Assembly: GCA_963665235.2 (NCBI GenBank)
Contig: CAXXLX010000001.1
Location: 128,001-192,000, forward strand
Source: Candidatus Poribacteria bacterium
Lineage (GTDB): Bacteria > Poribacteria > WGA-4E > WGA-3G
Direction: 5' to 3'
Length of the DNA: 64,000 nucleotides
Below, piece by piece: positions 18,117-27,409 of the stretch. The position numbers were made by a program, and so were the translations under genes. Position 1 is the first letter of the stretch. Every line of letters starts with the position of its first letter. The notes beneath the pieces were generated by a model. That model had not been told where the DNA came from. It ran no database searches and was given only the letters and a program-made list of their open reading frames with translations.

Positions 18117-18637
18117 GTGAACGCTAATATAAGTAAACGCGAAGCAGCACTTGTACTCTCCTATCGCGCGGGTGACACGACGGCATGGGATACCCTCTGT
18201 TTAGAATATGAAAAGCGACTTGCTCAATTTTTCTACAATGAGGGCATCCACAATCGCGAGGATGTAGAAGACCTCGTCCAGGATACGCTGCTTGAAGCGA
18301 TGGAGGCGAATTGCGATTACAGGAAACAGCTGGTGAACCTATACCTACGTATCAGCAACCTGCGCATATCGTGAGTACTGAAGAAAAGTTGGAGATTGTC
18401 GAACTTTTGATAGCGCAGCTTCCGGAAAAACAGCAGAAGGTCCTCTTGTTCAGTGCTAACGAAGTACCGCAAAAAAAGATTGCTGAGCAGTTAAACATCA
18501 CAAAAGGTAACGTTAAGGTTCTGTTGCATCGGGCTAGAGAAAGGCTGAAAAAGCAACTTGTAACCAGATACCCAGAGATGGCCGCCGAACTATTAAGCAG
18601 CGAAACAATTCAATCGCTACTACTTGAAAAAACGTGA
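18117..18637 (+). pseudogene. ECF sigma-70 factor, frameshifted and internally deleted
   Basis: Region 2 start (GDTTAWDTL..YEKRL..EDVEDLVQDTLLEA) is in one frame. Region 4 (LPEKQQKVLL..KKIAEQLNITKGNVKVLLHRARERLK) is in another. The WL..IA.N part of region 2 is absent. Confidence 0.8.
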
Positions 18638-18744
18638 TTTGTGTTGAATCGCAATGGTTCAACAAACCTAATACGTTTTCACCAAATCAATGCCGAATGT
18701 GCATAAGGGATTCGGCGAGGGTTTACTCCAAATAGAGGTTATAG

Positions 18745-18933
18745 ATGAACAGCGGTAAACTATCACAATTAAAGCAGGCCTCCGGTTACCGGAAGCTCTG
18801 CGCTGTAATCAGTGTGAGTCTCATTATTGCAATGATACTCATCGGAACCCTCAAAGTGGTCAATGGGAGCAGCAGCACGGATGGCTGTCCGCCCTGCTAT
18901 CCCACTATCCCACCTTGTACTTTAACACGTTGA
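18745..18933 (+). CDS. Small protein with a hydrophobic/signal segment and a Cys/Pro-rich tail
   Basis: 62 aa, AGAGG RBS, tail GCPPCYPTIPPC. Confidence 0.45.
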   Translation: MNSGKLSQLKQASGYRKLCAVISVSLIIAMILIGTLKVVNGSSSTDGCPPCYPTIPPCTLTR

Positions 18934-18969
18934 TATTTATCCTTAATACTTAATAGGAGGAAAAACCTC

Positions 18970-19560
18970 ATGAAACGAACACTGTATTGGGGACTAGCTA
19001 TCCTCATTTTACTACTCATAACCGCCGGTGTTTTCCTGCTGACACAGCGGAACACCGACACAAAACCGAACGTTGTTTTTGAACCGCCATCCGATAAAGT
19101 CATCCAACAGATTCGGGATGGCATTGCAGAGCGGAACGCACAGGACGTGGTCAAACCTCCACCTCCTGGCAAAACCTTCGAGGGGGGCGGACATTGGCAC
19201 GGCGACGTATGGCACGACGCGCCACATACGCCTTCTGATTTACAACCTATTCCATCGGTCGATGGGCCTGTAAAAGCAAACGCCGATTCGATGTCAGACC
19301 CTTCAACGAAATTAACACATTGGCTGCGTCAATATAAAAAATGGGCGCGTGAGTATGAGAAGGCGCATGATGAATGGGTGAAAGCAGTAGAGGCATCTAA
19401 TAACTATCTTAAAGGGAAATGGACTCCGGAGTATCTTACCAATCTGAGCGATACAGAAAAAGAGCAAGTCGCAGCGAAGATATTGGAATTACATGAAGCG
19501 TGTCTGACTGCCAACAACAAGTTAGATGTGCTATCCAAAGAGAGGCTATCGTTTAAATAA
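18970..19560 (+). CDS. Membrane-anchored hypothetical protein (GGHWHGDVWH motif, helical C-terminus)
   Basis: AGGAGG RBS, N-terminal TM segment, C-terminal half near-identical to 20820-21269. Confidence 0.8.
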   Translation: MKRTLYWGLAILILLLITAGVFLLTQRNTDTKPNVVFEPPSDKVIQQIRDGIAERNAQDVVKPPPPGKTFEGGGHWHGDVWHDAPHTPSDLQPIPSVDGPVKANADSMSDPSTKLTHWLRQYKKWAREYEKAHDEWVKAVEASNNYLKGKWTPEYLTNLSDTEKEQVAAKILELHEACLTANNKLDVLSKERLSFK

Positions 19561-19589
19561 TCTGCAACTATAAGAAAGGATGGTGGCTT

Positions 19590-20393
19590 ATGGAAAAAGC
19601 ACTTTTGATTTTCAGTATACTTTTCGGAATCATCGGTTTACAGGTATCGACCCAAGCCGTTGATTATGAAAACTTTGTATTTAAGGGAACGGAATGCTAT
19701 ACAGAAAGGCAGGATGAAGAACAAGCGGAGGCAGCGTATGAATCCGCTCGCCAGAAGGTTATGAAACTCATAGTAAAGCGAAAAACCTTACAGTTCAAGA
19801 TGGTATTCGGAGGGTTACGCGGCACCGGAAAAACGATGCAACAACTCCAACAAACAGAAGAGGATTTGGATGCTGCGGAACGGGACGCTCTTAATAAATA
19901 TTCTGATTGGCAGGATGCAGAGGAAAGATTGATAAACTGTATAGACAGTTTATTATGTGGGGGTGGCTGTGGCTCCAGGACAGATCATTTGTCACCCTCT
20001 TGTAGCACATGTGATGCTACAAATTTCTATTCTTGTCAGCACAGATGCCCTGGCATTCCAACCTGTGACAGATCTGGTTGTAATGCACAACTCGATTTTA
20101 ATGTGACTCGCGCATTACACACACAAGTTCGTTGCTCAGGTTGTAAGAATCTTTATTGGCGTTGTGATATGCATGCTGTGGAGATTCATCGCCCCCGTAC
20201 CTGCTTAAGGATAGTTAATGAGTATTCTTTGAGTTCTTCTGACAGATATATCTGCGGTGCGTCTTACCGAGACTGTATAAATTATCGATTATCCTGTGCA
20301 AGCTTCGCCGGCAGACACAACGATTTCGGTGCAGGAAATGGGGCTTGTCCTCTCTGCAATGGCCCTGGCTGCTCCGCGTGTGAGAACCCATAG
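19590..20393 (+). CDS. Secreted Cys-rich protein with N-terminal coiled coil
   Basis: Signal peptide ending TQA. 21 Cys counted, many in CxxC/CxxxC pairs with interspersed His. Confidence 0.8.
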   Translation: MEKALLIFSILFGIIGLQVSTQAVDYENFVFKGTECYTERQDEEQAEAAYESARQKVMKLIVKRKTLQFKMVFGGLRGTGKTMQQLQQTEEDLDAAERDALNKYSDWQDAEERLINCIDSLLCGGGCGSRTDHLSPSCSTCDATNFYSCQHRCPGIPTCDRSGCNAQLDFNVTRALHTQVRCSGCKNLYWRCDMHAVEIHRPRTCLRIVNEYSLSSSDRYICGASYRDCINYRLSCASFAGRHNDFGAGNGACPLCNGPGCSACENP

Positions 20394-20645
20394 TCATCCA
20401 CCATGGGCAGGTAACTCTCAAGTTACCTGCCTCTTCTTTTCATTTGTTCCCACTGCCGCCCTTGATAGCCCCTTCTGCTATATATCAAAAGAGATGCAGC
20501 GACGTGACAGAACACAGTCCCCGCAGGAGAAAGACCCTCCACTCTCTCAAGAGTGCCTGCTTACCTCTCTGATTCTGATAGGCGCAACCCTCTTCAATCC
20601 AATGTTTCCAAAACTCCGCAAAATTCGCGGAAGTTCCTTTTTTTT

Positions 20646-20674
20646 CTGACATTTTCTCGCGTTTTCTGCTATAA
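20646..20674 (+). promoter_or_regulatory. Sigma70-type promoter with extended -10
   Basis: CTGACA-17-TATAAT, with TG upstream of the -10. Confidence 0.55.
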
Positions 20675-20819
20675 TGAAAGCGTTACGATGAAACAATGCC
20701 CCTGTCACTATGGATACTCATAAACTTACATGACGACTGCGTTGTAAGGTATCCACTTTTTAAACATAAGGTGCTTTATCACTAAACCAACAGCCGGTCA
20801 AGTGGTAAGGAGAAGGAAA

Positions 20820-21269
20820 ATGAGAAAAAAGATGTTTAGAGGTTGGACTATTCTGATTTTTTTAGTAGGTATTGCTTGCGTTTTTCTGTTCACACGGCAG
20901 CACACCGAGACGGAACCAGAAGTTCTTACTCCCCCGGTGCCCCGCTCGGAGGTCATCCCACAGTCAAGCGATGGGCCTGTAAAAGCAAACGCCGATTCGA
21001 TGTCAGACCCTCCAGCGAAATTAGAGCATTGGCTGCGTCAATACAAAAAATGGGCGCGTGAATATGAGAAGGCGCATGATGAATGGGTGAAAGCAGTAGA
21101 GGCATCCAATAACTATCTTAAAGGGAAATGGACTCCGGAGTATCTTAACAGTCTGAGCGATACAGAAAAACAGCAAGTCGCAGCGAAGATATTGGAGTTG
21201 CATGAAACGTGTCTGACTACCAGCAAAAAGTTAGATGCGTTATCTGAAGAGAGGCCATCCTTCAAATAA
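20820..21269 (+). CDS. Membrane-anchored paralogue of 18970-19560
   Basis: Shares DGPVKANADSMSDP...LSxERxSFK but has a different N-terminus. ATG 20820 (GTG 20802 is an alternative). Confidence 0.8.
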   Translation: MRKKMFRGWTILIFLVGIACVFLFTRQHTETEPEVLTPPVPRSEVIPQSSDGPVKANADSMSDPPAKLEHWLRQYKKWAREYEKAHDEWVKAVEASNNYLKGKWTPEYLNSLSDTEKQQVAAKILELHETCLTTSKKLDALSEERPSFK

Positions 21270-21311
21270 TCCCTCTTACCGTTCCATTTTTTCAGGAGGG
21301 GTAAGAGGGAT
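21269..21311. terminator. Hairpin between convergent genes
   Basis: ATCCCTCTTACC...GGTAAGAGGGAT, a 12-bp stem. Confidence 0.65.
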
Positions 21312-21347
21312 TTGGACAGTTGTTTCTTCTAATTTGCACGGGACGGT

Positions 21348-22301
21348 CTAATCGACAAGAGAGATAACCCCTTTTTTCCGTTGCAGCACAGCATCATAAA
21401 ATCGCATCGTGCCGATGCAATCCTGAATACTGGCAATCGGTTCGCGTTCTTCACGAATTGCGTTCGCAAACTCGGTGAGGCTAATACCATCCCCTGTCAA
21501 TTCGCCGTTCCGCTCATCGGAAAAGTTAGAGGTGAACGTGTTGCCACCACCCGTATAGTGTTTAGCACCCCACAGCCCATCTAGGACGATATACTCATGC
21601 TGTCCAGTAATTTCAATATAGTCGTAGTTGCGCCGCCATAAACGTTGGCTGCTTAGCTGTAAAGTTCCCACTGCGCCGTTGGTATACTCAACAGCGACAG
21701 CAAATGAACCTTGATTATCGACCTCGTTGTGGAAGATGCTGAGTTCTTTCACATCCGCCCCGGCGATGTGTCGCGCCAGATCGAAGTGGTGGATAGCAAA
21801 ATCGAGCAGATAGTGTTGCACTGACCCATACGGCCCACTACAGAATGAACAGAAAAGTTGTGTGAGTTGTCCGAAGGAGTCGGTCTGCATGATTCGCCGT
21901 GCCTCACGCACCCCTAAGCTAAACCGTCGTTGGAAGTTGACCATCAATGTTTTGCCGTGCTTTTCAGCAGCTTCGGCCAAAGCGAGCGTTTCATCGAGGG
22001 AGGGAGCAGGCGGTTTCGGTACGAAGACGTGATACCCCGCCTCAAGCGTTTCGAGCACGAGCGGTTGCCTCGGAGCGGGCCCATACAGATAATAATCGGC
22101 TTCCAGGTCCTCGTTCTCAAACATGTCGTGTCGGTCGGTGTAGTACCGGCCTGTCCCAAATTTCCCCGCAGCATCTTTTGCCCGATTTTCGTCTGCATCG
22201 CAAACAGCCTGCAATGCTACGGGTGCCAGGTGTAAGGCGGGATAGATAGTGTGCCTAGCGAAGCCGCCGGCACCCAGAAATCCGATTCGAAGAGGTTCCA
22301 T
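21348..22301 (-). CDS. Gfo/Idh/MocA-family oxidoreductase
   Basis: LRIGFLGAGGFA, HVFVPKPPA, VNFQRRF, DFAIHHFDL. ATG 22301 after AGGAG. Confidence 0.9.
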   Translation of the reverse strand: MEPLRIGFLGAGGFARHTIYPALHLAPVALQAVCDADENRAKDAAGKFGTGRYYTDRHDMFENEDLEADYYLYGPAPRQPLVLETLEAGYHVFVPKPPAPSLDETLALAEAAEKHGKTLMVNFQRRFSLGVREARRIMQTDSFGQLTQLFCSFCSGPYGSVQHYLLDFAIHHFDLARHIAGADVKELSIFHNEVDNQGSFAVAVEYTNGAVGTLQLSSQRLWRRNYDYIEITGQHEYIVLDGLWGAKHYTGGGNTFTSNFSDERNGELTGDGISLTEFANAIREEREPIASIQDCIGTMRFYDAVLQRKKGVISLVD

Positions 22302-22427
22302 ATTTCTCCTTTGCACGCGTGTAAAGCGCGTCGTTGTATATTGGAAAACTAAAATGATATGGACAACAATTTATAGATTTTTAAAATTTAGCACAGCTGC
22401 GGTTTTCTGTAAAGAGAAATTGTGATG

Positions 22428-22505
22428 GGGAAGATTGGAAGATTGGAAGGGTGGAAGAATAGAAGGGTGGAAGGGTGGAAGAGGGGAAGAATGGAAGAGG
22501 GGAAT
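22428..22505 (+). repeat. GGAAGRRT octamer tract
   Basis: About 9 degenerate GGAAGATT/GGAAGGGT/GGAAGAAT units, same family as 1560-1620. Confidence 0.75.
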
Positions 22506-23315
22506 TTAGACTGAAATAGCGTTAATTTTCTCTTGCAAAAACGCTGTGCAATAGGGCACTTGTGCTTCCGAAAGTCCGTGCAGAATTACCGCGCCCTCGT
22601 AGCCGCTCCGGTTAAGTAAACCGATGTACTGCTCGTAATCCAACAAGCCTGTGCCTGCGGCGAGGTGTCCCGCTTGACCGTCCCTGTCCAAATCTTTCGC
22701 GTGTGCCAGCACGATGTCTTCAGCAAGCAGGTCAAATGCCTCGTTAAGGATTTCGCGCATTTTTGGCAGCTCTCCCTTATGAAAGATATTCGCTCCATCC
22801 ATGACAATCTTCAGATAGGGGGATTGCATTTCGTCAAGTAGTCGCCGCGCTTTCTGCGCGGAATCGATGACGTTTGAGACCTCCGGTTCAAGCGCGAGCG
22901 TGATACCGTACTTTTCAGCTATCTGTAGTGCTTGTGCCATAGACTCAACCAGATCACGCCATGCGGATGCTGAGTTGTTATCTGGATGGGCACGCCACAT
23001 ATTGTGCGGGTCGCGAGAGCCGGTGCAGAGTGTAATAATCGATGTGCCGAGGGGCTCGCATTGCGCAGCGACGAACTGCAACATCTCTAAACCCGCATGA
23101 CGTTTGGCAACATCGGGGTCAATCATGTTGTATGTGCCTGATATTGCTGATATCGTTATCTGTCGTGCATCCAGCTCCTTGCGAATTTCTGAAGATGGAG
23201 AGGTAGAAGTAGACACATGATATTGCAAATAGTGGACCCCGTGCTTTATAACGGCATCGAGGCTTTCGGTGAGTGTGGGGCGGCGTATTGTGCCCTCCAT
23301 GAGTCCGACGTGCAT
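22506..23315 (-). CDS. Sugar phosphate isomerase/epimerase (xylose isomerase-like TIM barrel)
   Basis: LALEPE, VMDGAN, HAKD, AAGTGLLDY. Confidence 0.88.
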   Translation of the reverse strand: MHVGLMEGTIRRPTLTESLDAVIKHGVHYLQYHVSTSTSPSSEIRKELDARQITISAISGTYNMIDPDVAKRHAGLEMLQFVAAQCEPLGTSIITLCTGSRDPHNMWRAHPDNNSASAWRDLVESMAQALQIAEKYGITLALEPEVSNVIDSAQKARRLLDEMQSPYLKIVMDGANIFHKGELPKMREILNEAFDLLAEDIVLAHAKDLDRDGQAGHLAAGTGLLDYEQYIGLLNRSGYEGAVILHGLSEAQVPYCTAFLQEKINAISV

Positions 23316-23337
23316 GGGTTGCTCCTGTTAATTGGAT

Positions 23338-24042
23338 TTATGAATCTTCTCGGTTAATTCGAGGTGCGTCAGTGGTGTTTTGCTCGGAATGGAAACGACA
23401 GATTGAATCTGCAAGGCGACTTCCCGCGCCAACTAACCGTGCTAAAACGCCAATCTGTTCCCGGCAAACTACGTTGTCAGTCGGTTCAGGATAATTGACT
23501 AGGTGATCAATTTCAGCCCAAACCTCCTCAAAAAGGGTTCTGACCTGAATTTCGCAAGAAACGGGCGAATCTTCTCTGGGCTTAATGACGTAGTGAACGC
23601 TGGTATACAAACTCTCCTTCACGTCAGGGTTCAAGCCTTGATTTTCAAAGAAACCGTGTGATTCCGGATCCCAAGTATAGGCTTTCGGTTCTTCATACAG
23701 CATCCAGTCTCGGCTATCCAATTTTTGGTTTATTGCCCGGTGGATATGTATGAATTGGGCCTGATATAGGTGAAGCACTCGAACCCCGGCGATGTCGGTT
23801 ATCCGGTCGAAAATATTTTCTGGCGTGATCGGGTCTTCAGTTGGCGATTTACGTTGTATTTTTTCGCGAAGGTGCTCCAAATCCTTCAGTCGACTTTTGA
23901 CCGAGTGAACGACTTGTGGCGATTGGGTTAGGTCCGGATGTGTCTCAAAAAAGCGAACTGTGTTTTCGCGGAAGAGATCTATATTGTGGTGTTCACTTTG
24001 CACTCGCGCTATAATAGCGTTCATACTTGCTTCATCAACCAT
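23338..24042 (-). CDS. RelA/SpoT-domain small alarmone synthetase-like protein
   Basis: SVKSRLKD..HLREK, ITDIAGVRV, YTSVHYVI, EIQVRTLFEEVWAEIDH. ATG 24042 follows GGAGG and overlaps the ParA stop. Confidence 0.9.
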   Translation of the reverse strand: MVDEASMNAIIARVQSEHHNIDLFRENTVRFFETHPDLTQSPQVVHSVKSRLKDLEHLREKIQRKSPTEDPITPENIFDRITDIAGVRVLHLYQAQFIHIHRAINQKLDSRDWMLYEEPKAYTWDPESHGFFENQGLNPDVKESLYTSVHYVIKPREDSPVSCEIQVRTLFEEVWAEIDHLVNYPEPTDNVVCREQIGVLARLVGAGSRLADSICRFHSEQNTTDAPRINREDS

Positions 24043-25147
24043 TATTGGCCTCCAATCGGTCAAGACGCGTTAAGAGCTCCTTGGCAAAGATGTGGAAACC
24101 TTTTTGAGTGTCTTCATATCTTTGGCTATTACCTGCAATAGTGCTCTTGTCACTTGCCTCTAGGTTTTTACAACTTGGGACTTTCCACATCGGTGTTCTG
24201 TATTTTTGAGACATATTCGGAAGGGTTGCGTAGGAGTGCATAATGGCCGTTCCACCAACGGGGTCTTCTAATTGTGTTTCAGTTAGGTGTTTCCTGTGGT
24301 CAGCATCAATATACTCCCGAATTGTAGCGGGAATCTGTTGAGCGTAGTTGTGATGTGCCCTGGATAAATTCCATTCCCCCGATCCGGAATATCTCCTAGC
24401 ATTGAAAATTGTGAACCCCAAAAAACTGACGAAATTCTTGGGGAAATGGGTTAACTTCGCATCGGAGAGTAGCGTAAAAATCGTATCAAAATCCCGTTTC
24501 CAACCTTTAAGGGATTTGCCGATATTCTCTATACCGTAAAGGGAAAACATATCTGGCATACACGGAATGAGAAACCCATCTACAGTGGATATGATGACTT
24601 TATTGAGTATTCCGAGACTTGGTGATGTATCGATCACAACATAGTCGTAGGCGTAATTTTCTGCGTAGGTTTTGAAAAAATTTCGGATTTGTGTGACAGT
24701 CCGGATTGCTAGCGGGTCTCCACCATAAACATCTGTCCATCGACTCGCGATTTTGTCTTCGTAAGTATGTATGGAGAGTCTGCCCGGAATCATTCCAAGG
24801 TTGTCGTGTAGAGATAGCGGTTTTGCAAAGGATTTCAGCGCGTCTGTTCCATCTTCGGTTGGTTTAAAAAGAAAGTGGATGGAACGGACATCACCGGCAA
24901 TAGCCTCAAATTCACCCTGAGATTTCTGTTCACGCGCTGCAGCAAAGTCATCTATAAATGCCTCTTCGGTCTGCCAAACGTTATGTAGTTCTTCCGGGGC
25001 TAAGCCAAATAGGGTTAGATTCGATTGCGGGTCTAAATCGAGAAGAAGGGTTTTATAGCCCAACTCGGCGAGGGCGTATCCAAGGTGGTAGGTCAAGGTT
25101 GTTTTGCCGACACCGCCTTTATTGTTGAATACAGCGATTGATTTCAT
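24035..25147 (-). CDS. ParA/Soj-family ATPase (long form, no parB)
   Basis: Deviant Walker A FNNKGGVGKTT, DLDPQSNLT, IDTSPSLG. AAGGAG RBS. Confidence 0.9.
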   Translation of the reverse strand: MKSIAVFNNKGGVGKTTLTYHLGYALAELGYKTLLLDLDPQSNLTLFGLAPEELHNVWQTEEAFIDDFAAAREQKSQGEFEAIAGDVRSIHFLFKPTEDGTDALKSFAKPLSLHDNLGMIPGRLSIHTYEDKIASRWTDVYGGDPLAIRTVTQIRNFFKTYAENYAYDYVVIDTSPSLGILNKVIISTVDGFLIPCMPDMFSLYGIENIGKSLKGWKRDFDTIFTLLSDAKLTHFPKNFVSFLGFTIFNARRYSGSGEWNLSRAHHNYAQQIPATIREYIDADHRKHLTETQLEDPVGGTAIMHSYATLPNMSQKYRTPMWKVPSCKNLEASDKSTIAGNSQRYEDTQKGFHIFAKELLTRLDRLEANNG

Positions 25148-25372
25148 GTTATATCTCCTTTATTTATGAACTTACCTTCGATTTTAGCACATTTGGTGGG
25201 TTTTGTCAAAGGGCAAAAAATCCGAAACACGGTTGCGTAAATCTATTGAATATGCCATAATATATACAGTCTATCATGAAATTCTAAATTTCACGCTAAT
25301 CGTCTTTTTATATGTTAACAACTTTTCGGCAGGGGTCGCCGGATTTCTGCTAAAAAACATGGAAGGAACACT

Positions 25373-26143
25373 ATGTCAAGAGTACCGATTGGGTTAGAGT
25401 TATATTCTGTTCGAAATGAGTTGGCAGCGGATGCCCGCGCTACGATAAAAGCGGTCGCGGAGATGGGATATGAAGGTGTTGAATTCGCCGGTCCCCCACA
25501 ACATTCGGCGCAAGAGTTAAAGGGTTATCTCGACGAGTTTGGTCTGGTCTGCTGCGGTTGGCACACGCCGTTCAATCTCGTCCAAGAAGACAGGCTTGCC
25601 GAAACGATTGAATTTAATAAGGTTTTGGAAAACCGTTATATCATCGTTCCGGGTATACCGGGGGAGCTGCGTCAGTCTCGTGCGGATTGGTTGAAGTTAG
25701 CGGATTTCTTCAATGGGGTTGCCGATGAACTCGCCGCACACGATATGGTGACCGGGTATCATAATCATCATATTGAATTTACCCCGCTGGATGGTGAACA
25801 GCCGTGGGATACCTTCTTCGGCAACACAAACGAAGGGGTTGTGATGCAGCTGGATATGGGCAATGCACTCAATGGGGGTGCCGAGCTTGTCGGTATTTTA
25901 GAGCGATACCCGGGCCGCGCGGGAACGGTCCATCTCAAACCTTATACCATATCGGACGCGGCTGGGCACAACGGGTTTCGTCCTATTATCGGTGAGGATA
26001 GCGTGCCATGGGCGGAGATTTTTCGAGTCTGTGAAACGACAGGTGGTACGAAATGGTATATTGTTGAATATGAGAGCGATGCCTTTCCGCCGCTTGAGGC
26101 CGTGGAACGTTGTTTAAAAGCACTAAAGGCGATGGGGAAGTAA
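25373..26143 (+). CDS. Sugar phosphate isomerase/epimerase
   Basis: GLELYSVR, MGYEGVEFAG, GYHNHHIEF, QLDMG, HLK, WYIVEYE. Confidence 0.9.
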   Translation: MSRVPIGLELYSVRNELAADARATIKAVAEMGYEGVEFAGPPQHSAQELKGYLDEFGLVCCGWHTPFNLVQEDRLAETIEFNKVLENRYIIVPGIPGELRQSRADWLKLADFFNGVADELAAHDMVTGYHNHHIEFTPLDGEQPWDTFFGNTNEGVVMQLDMGNALNGGAELVGILERYPGRAGTVHLKPYTISDAAGHNGFRPIIGEDSVPWAEIFRVCETTGGTKWYIVEYESDAFPPLEAVERCLKALKAMGK

Positions 26144-26147
26144 ACAC

Positions 26148-26927
26148 ATGTGGAGCTATTGTGCAAGCACGCTTCCATTTTCCAATTTTGGTTTGTCGGA
26201 GTTTGTGGGTGAGTTATCTGAAAGTGGTGTATCTGCTATCGAACTCGCCCAAACCCATTTTTCGGATGCGGAAGCCGAAACTATCGAAGCACTCCGAGAG
26301 GAGACCGGGCTCCATTTCAAATCTTTGCTGAGCACGGTACGGATTGACGCGCCAGATGGACTTGAAACGTTGATTTCTATTCTTGACACTGCTCAAAGGC
26401 TTTCCATTTCAACGGTTAGCATTGCAAGTGGTGGCAATGAAACCGCCACCGCTCGCGAGATTGAAACGATTATCGGTTATCTCAAAACGGTTACCGAAGA
26501 AGCAGCAGCGCGTAATCTGACGCTTGCTCTCTATGCACACGAAGGGAGTCTCGCCTACAATCTGGAACGCACACAACACATCTTGGAGGCAATCCCTGCT
26601 GAAAACTTTGGTTTTTACTACAGTGCCTATCATTTCCATCGGGCGGGAGATGACCCCGTTGTCGCCTTGCGAACCTTGTCAGAGCGGTTATTTAGTGTCT
26701 ATTTCAATTGTGGTGTGGATTTGCCAACAGGCAGTGAGCCGTTCTGGGCACCAGAGATGGATTTTCCTGCTATCTGTCAGGAGATAGACCGTGTCGGTTA
26801 CACGGAGGAAATTATGCTCATCTATCTGGGTTTGCAAGCGGAGACACCTGAACCGATTATTGAGGGTATCTCAAATGCGCGGGTGAAGTTGGAATCGCTT
26901 CGGCAATCAACGTCATCCATCTTGTGA
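26148..26927 (+). CDS. Sugar phosphate isomerase/epimerase-like TIM barrel, divergent
   Basis: SGVSAIEL, LALYAHEG, MDFPAICQEIDRVGY. The usual metal ligands appear to be substituted. Confidence 0.65.
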   Translation: MWSYCASTLPFSNFGLSEFVGELSESGVSAIELAQTHFSDAEAETIEALREETGLHFKSLLSTVRIDAPDGLETLISILDTAQRLSISTVSIASGGNETATAREIETIIGYLKTVTEEAAARNLTLALYAHEGSLAYNLERTQHILEAIPAENFGFYYSAYHFHRAGDDPVVALRTLSERLFSVYFNCGVDLPTGSEPFWAPEMDFPAICQEIDRVGYTEEIMLIYLGLQAETPEPIIEGISNARVKLESLRQSTSSIL

Positions 26928-26967
26928 ACACAGTTGTACATATCGTTTTTAACAAGGTAAAGAAACA

Positions 26968-27282
26968 ATGAATAACAAATTCATCTCAATCATGACAGCT
27001 CGCATCGTGCGCGATTTTAATCCTTTGCAGATTGTCCTCTTCGGTTCACAGGCACGAGGCGACGCACATCGGCATAGCGATATAGATCTGCTCGTCGTTT
27101 TTTCCGAACTCTCGGATAAAGGGAAAACTGCTGTTGATATTCGAGTTGCCCTGGCTGACTTACCCGTGGCTAAGGACATCGTTGTAACAACCCCCGAGGA
27201 ACTTGCACGCCACCGCACACGGATCGGCTCGGTGCTGCGTTATGCCCAACAGGAGGGAAAAATACTCTATGCAAACGACTAA
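26968..27282 (+). CDS. MNT-type minimal nucleotidyltransferase (antitoxin of an MNT-HEPN pair)
   Basis: IVLFGSQARGDAHRHSDIDLLVV, DIVVTTPEE, EGKILY. Confidence 0.9.
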   Translation: MNNKFISIMTARIVRDFNPLQIVLFGSQARGDAHRHSDIDLLVVFSELSDKGKTAVDIRVALADLPVAKDIVVTTPEELARHRTRIGSVLRYAQQEGKILYAND

Positions 27283-27375
27283 GGTATTTGCAGAAACTGC
27301 TCGCTGGCTGCGTTATGCGGAGGAAGATTTAATAACCGCTGAAACGCTTTTAGCGCAGGCACACATCCCACCTCC
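27269..27375 (+). pseudogene. HEPN-domain protein, truncated N-terminal remnant
   Basis: MQTTKVFAETARWLRYAEEDLITAETLL matches the HEPN first helix. The following FHAQQAAEK-type and Rx4-6H motifs are missing. Confidence 0.75.
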
Positions 27376-27409
27376 TTGTGTGGTGGTATGCGGTGCCGAT
27401 TTCCTGCTA

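Noticed and set aside
18970-21269. Diversity-generating retroelement template/variable repeat pair
   Set aside because: No reverse transcriptase is present, both copies are coding, and the differences are not confined to adenines.
24035-25147. Chromosome or plasmid partition locus
   Set aside because: No parB, parS-like palindrome or rep gene is nearby. The partner is a RelA/SpoT-domain gene.
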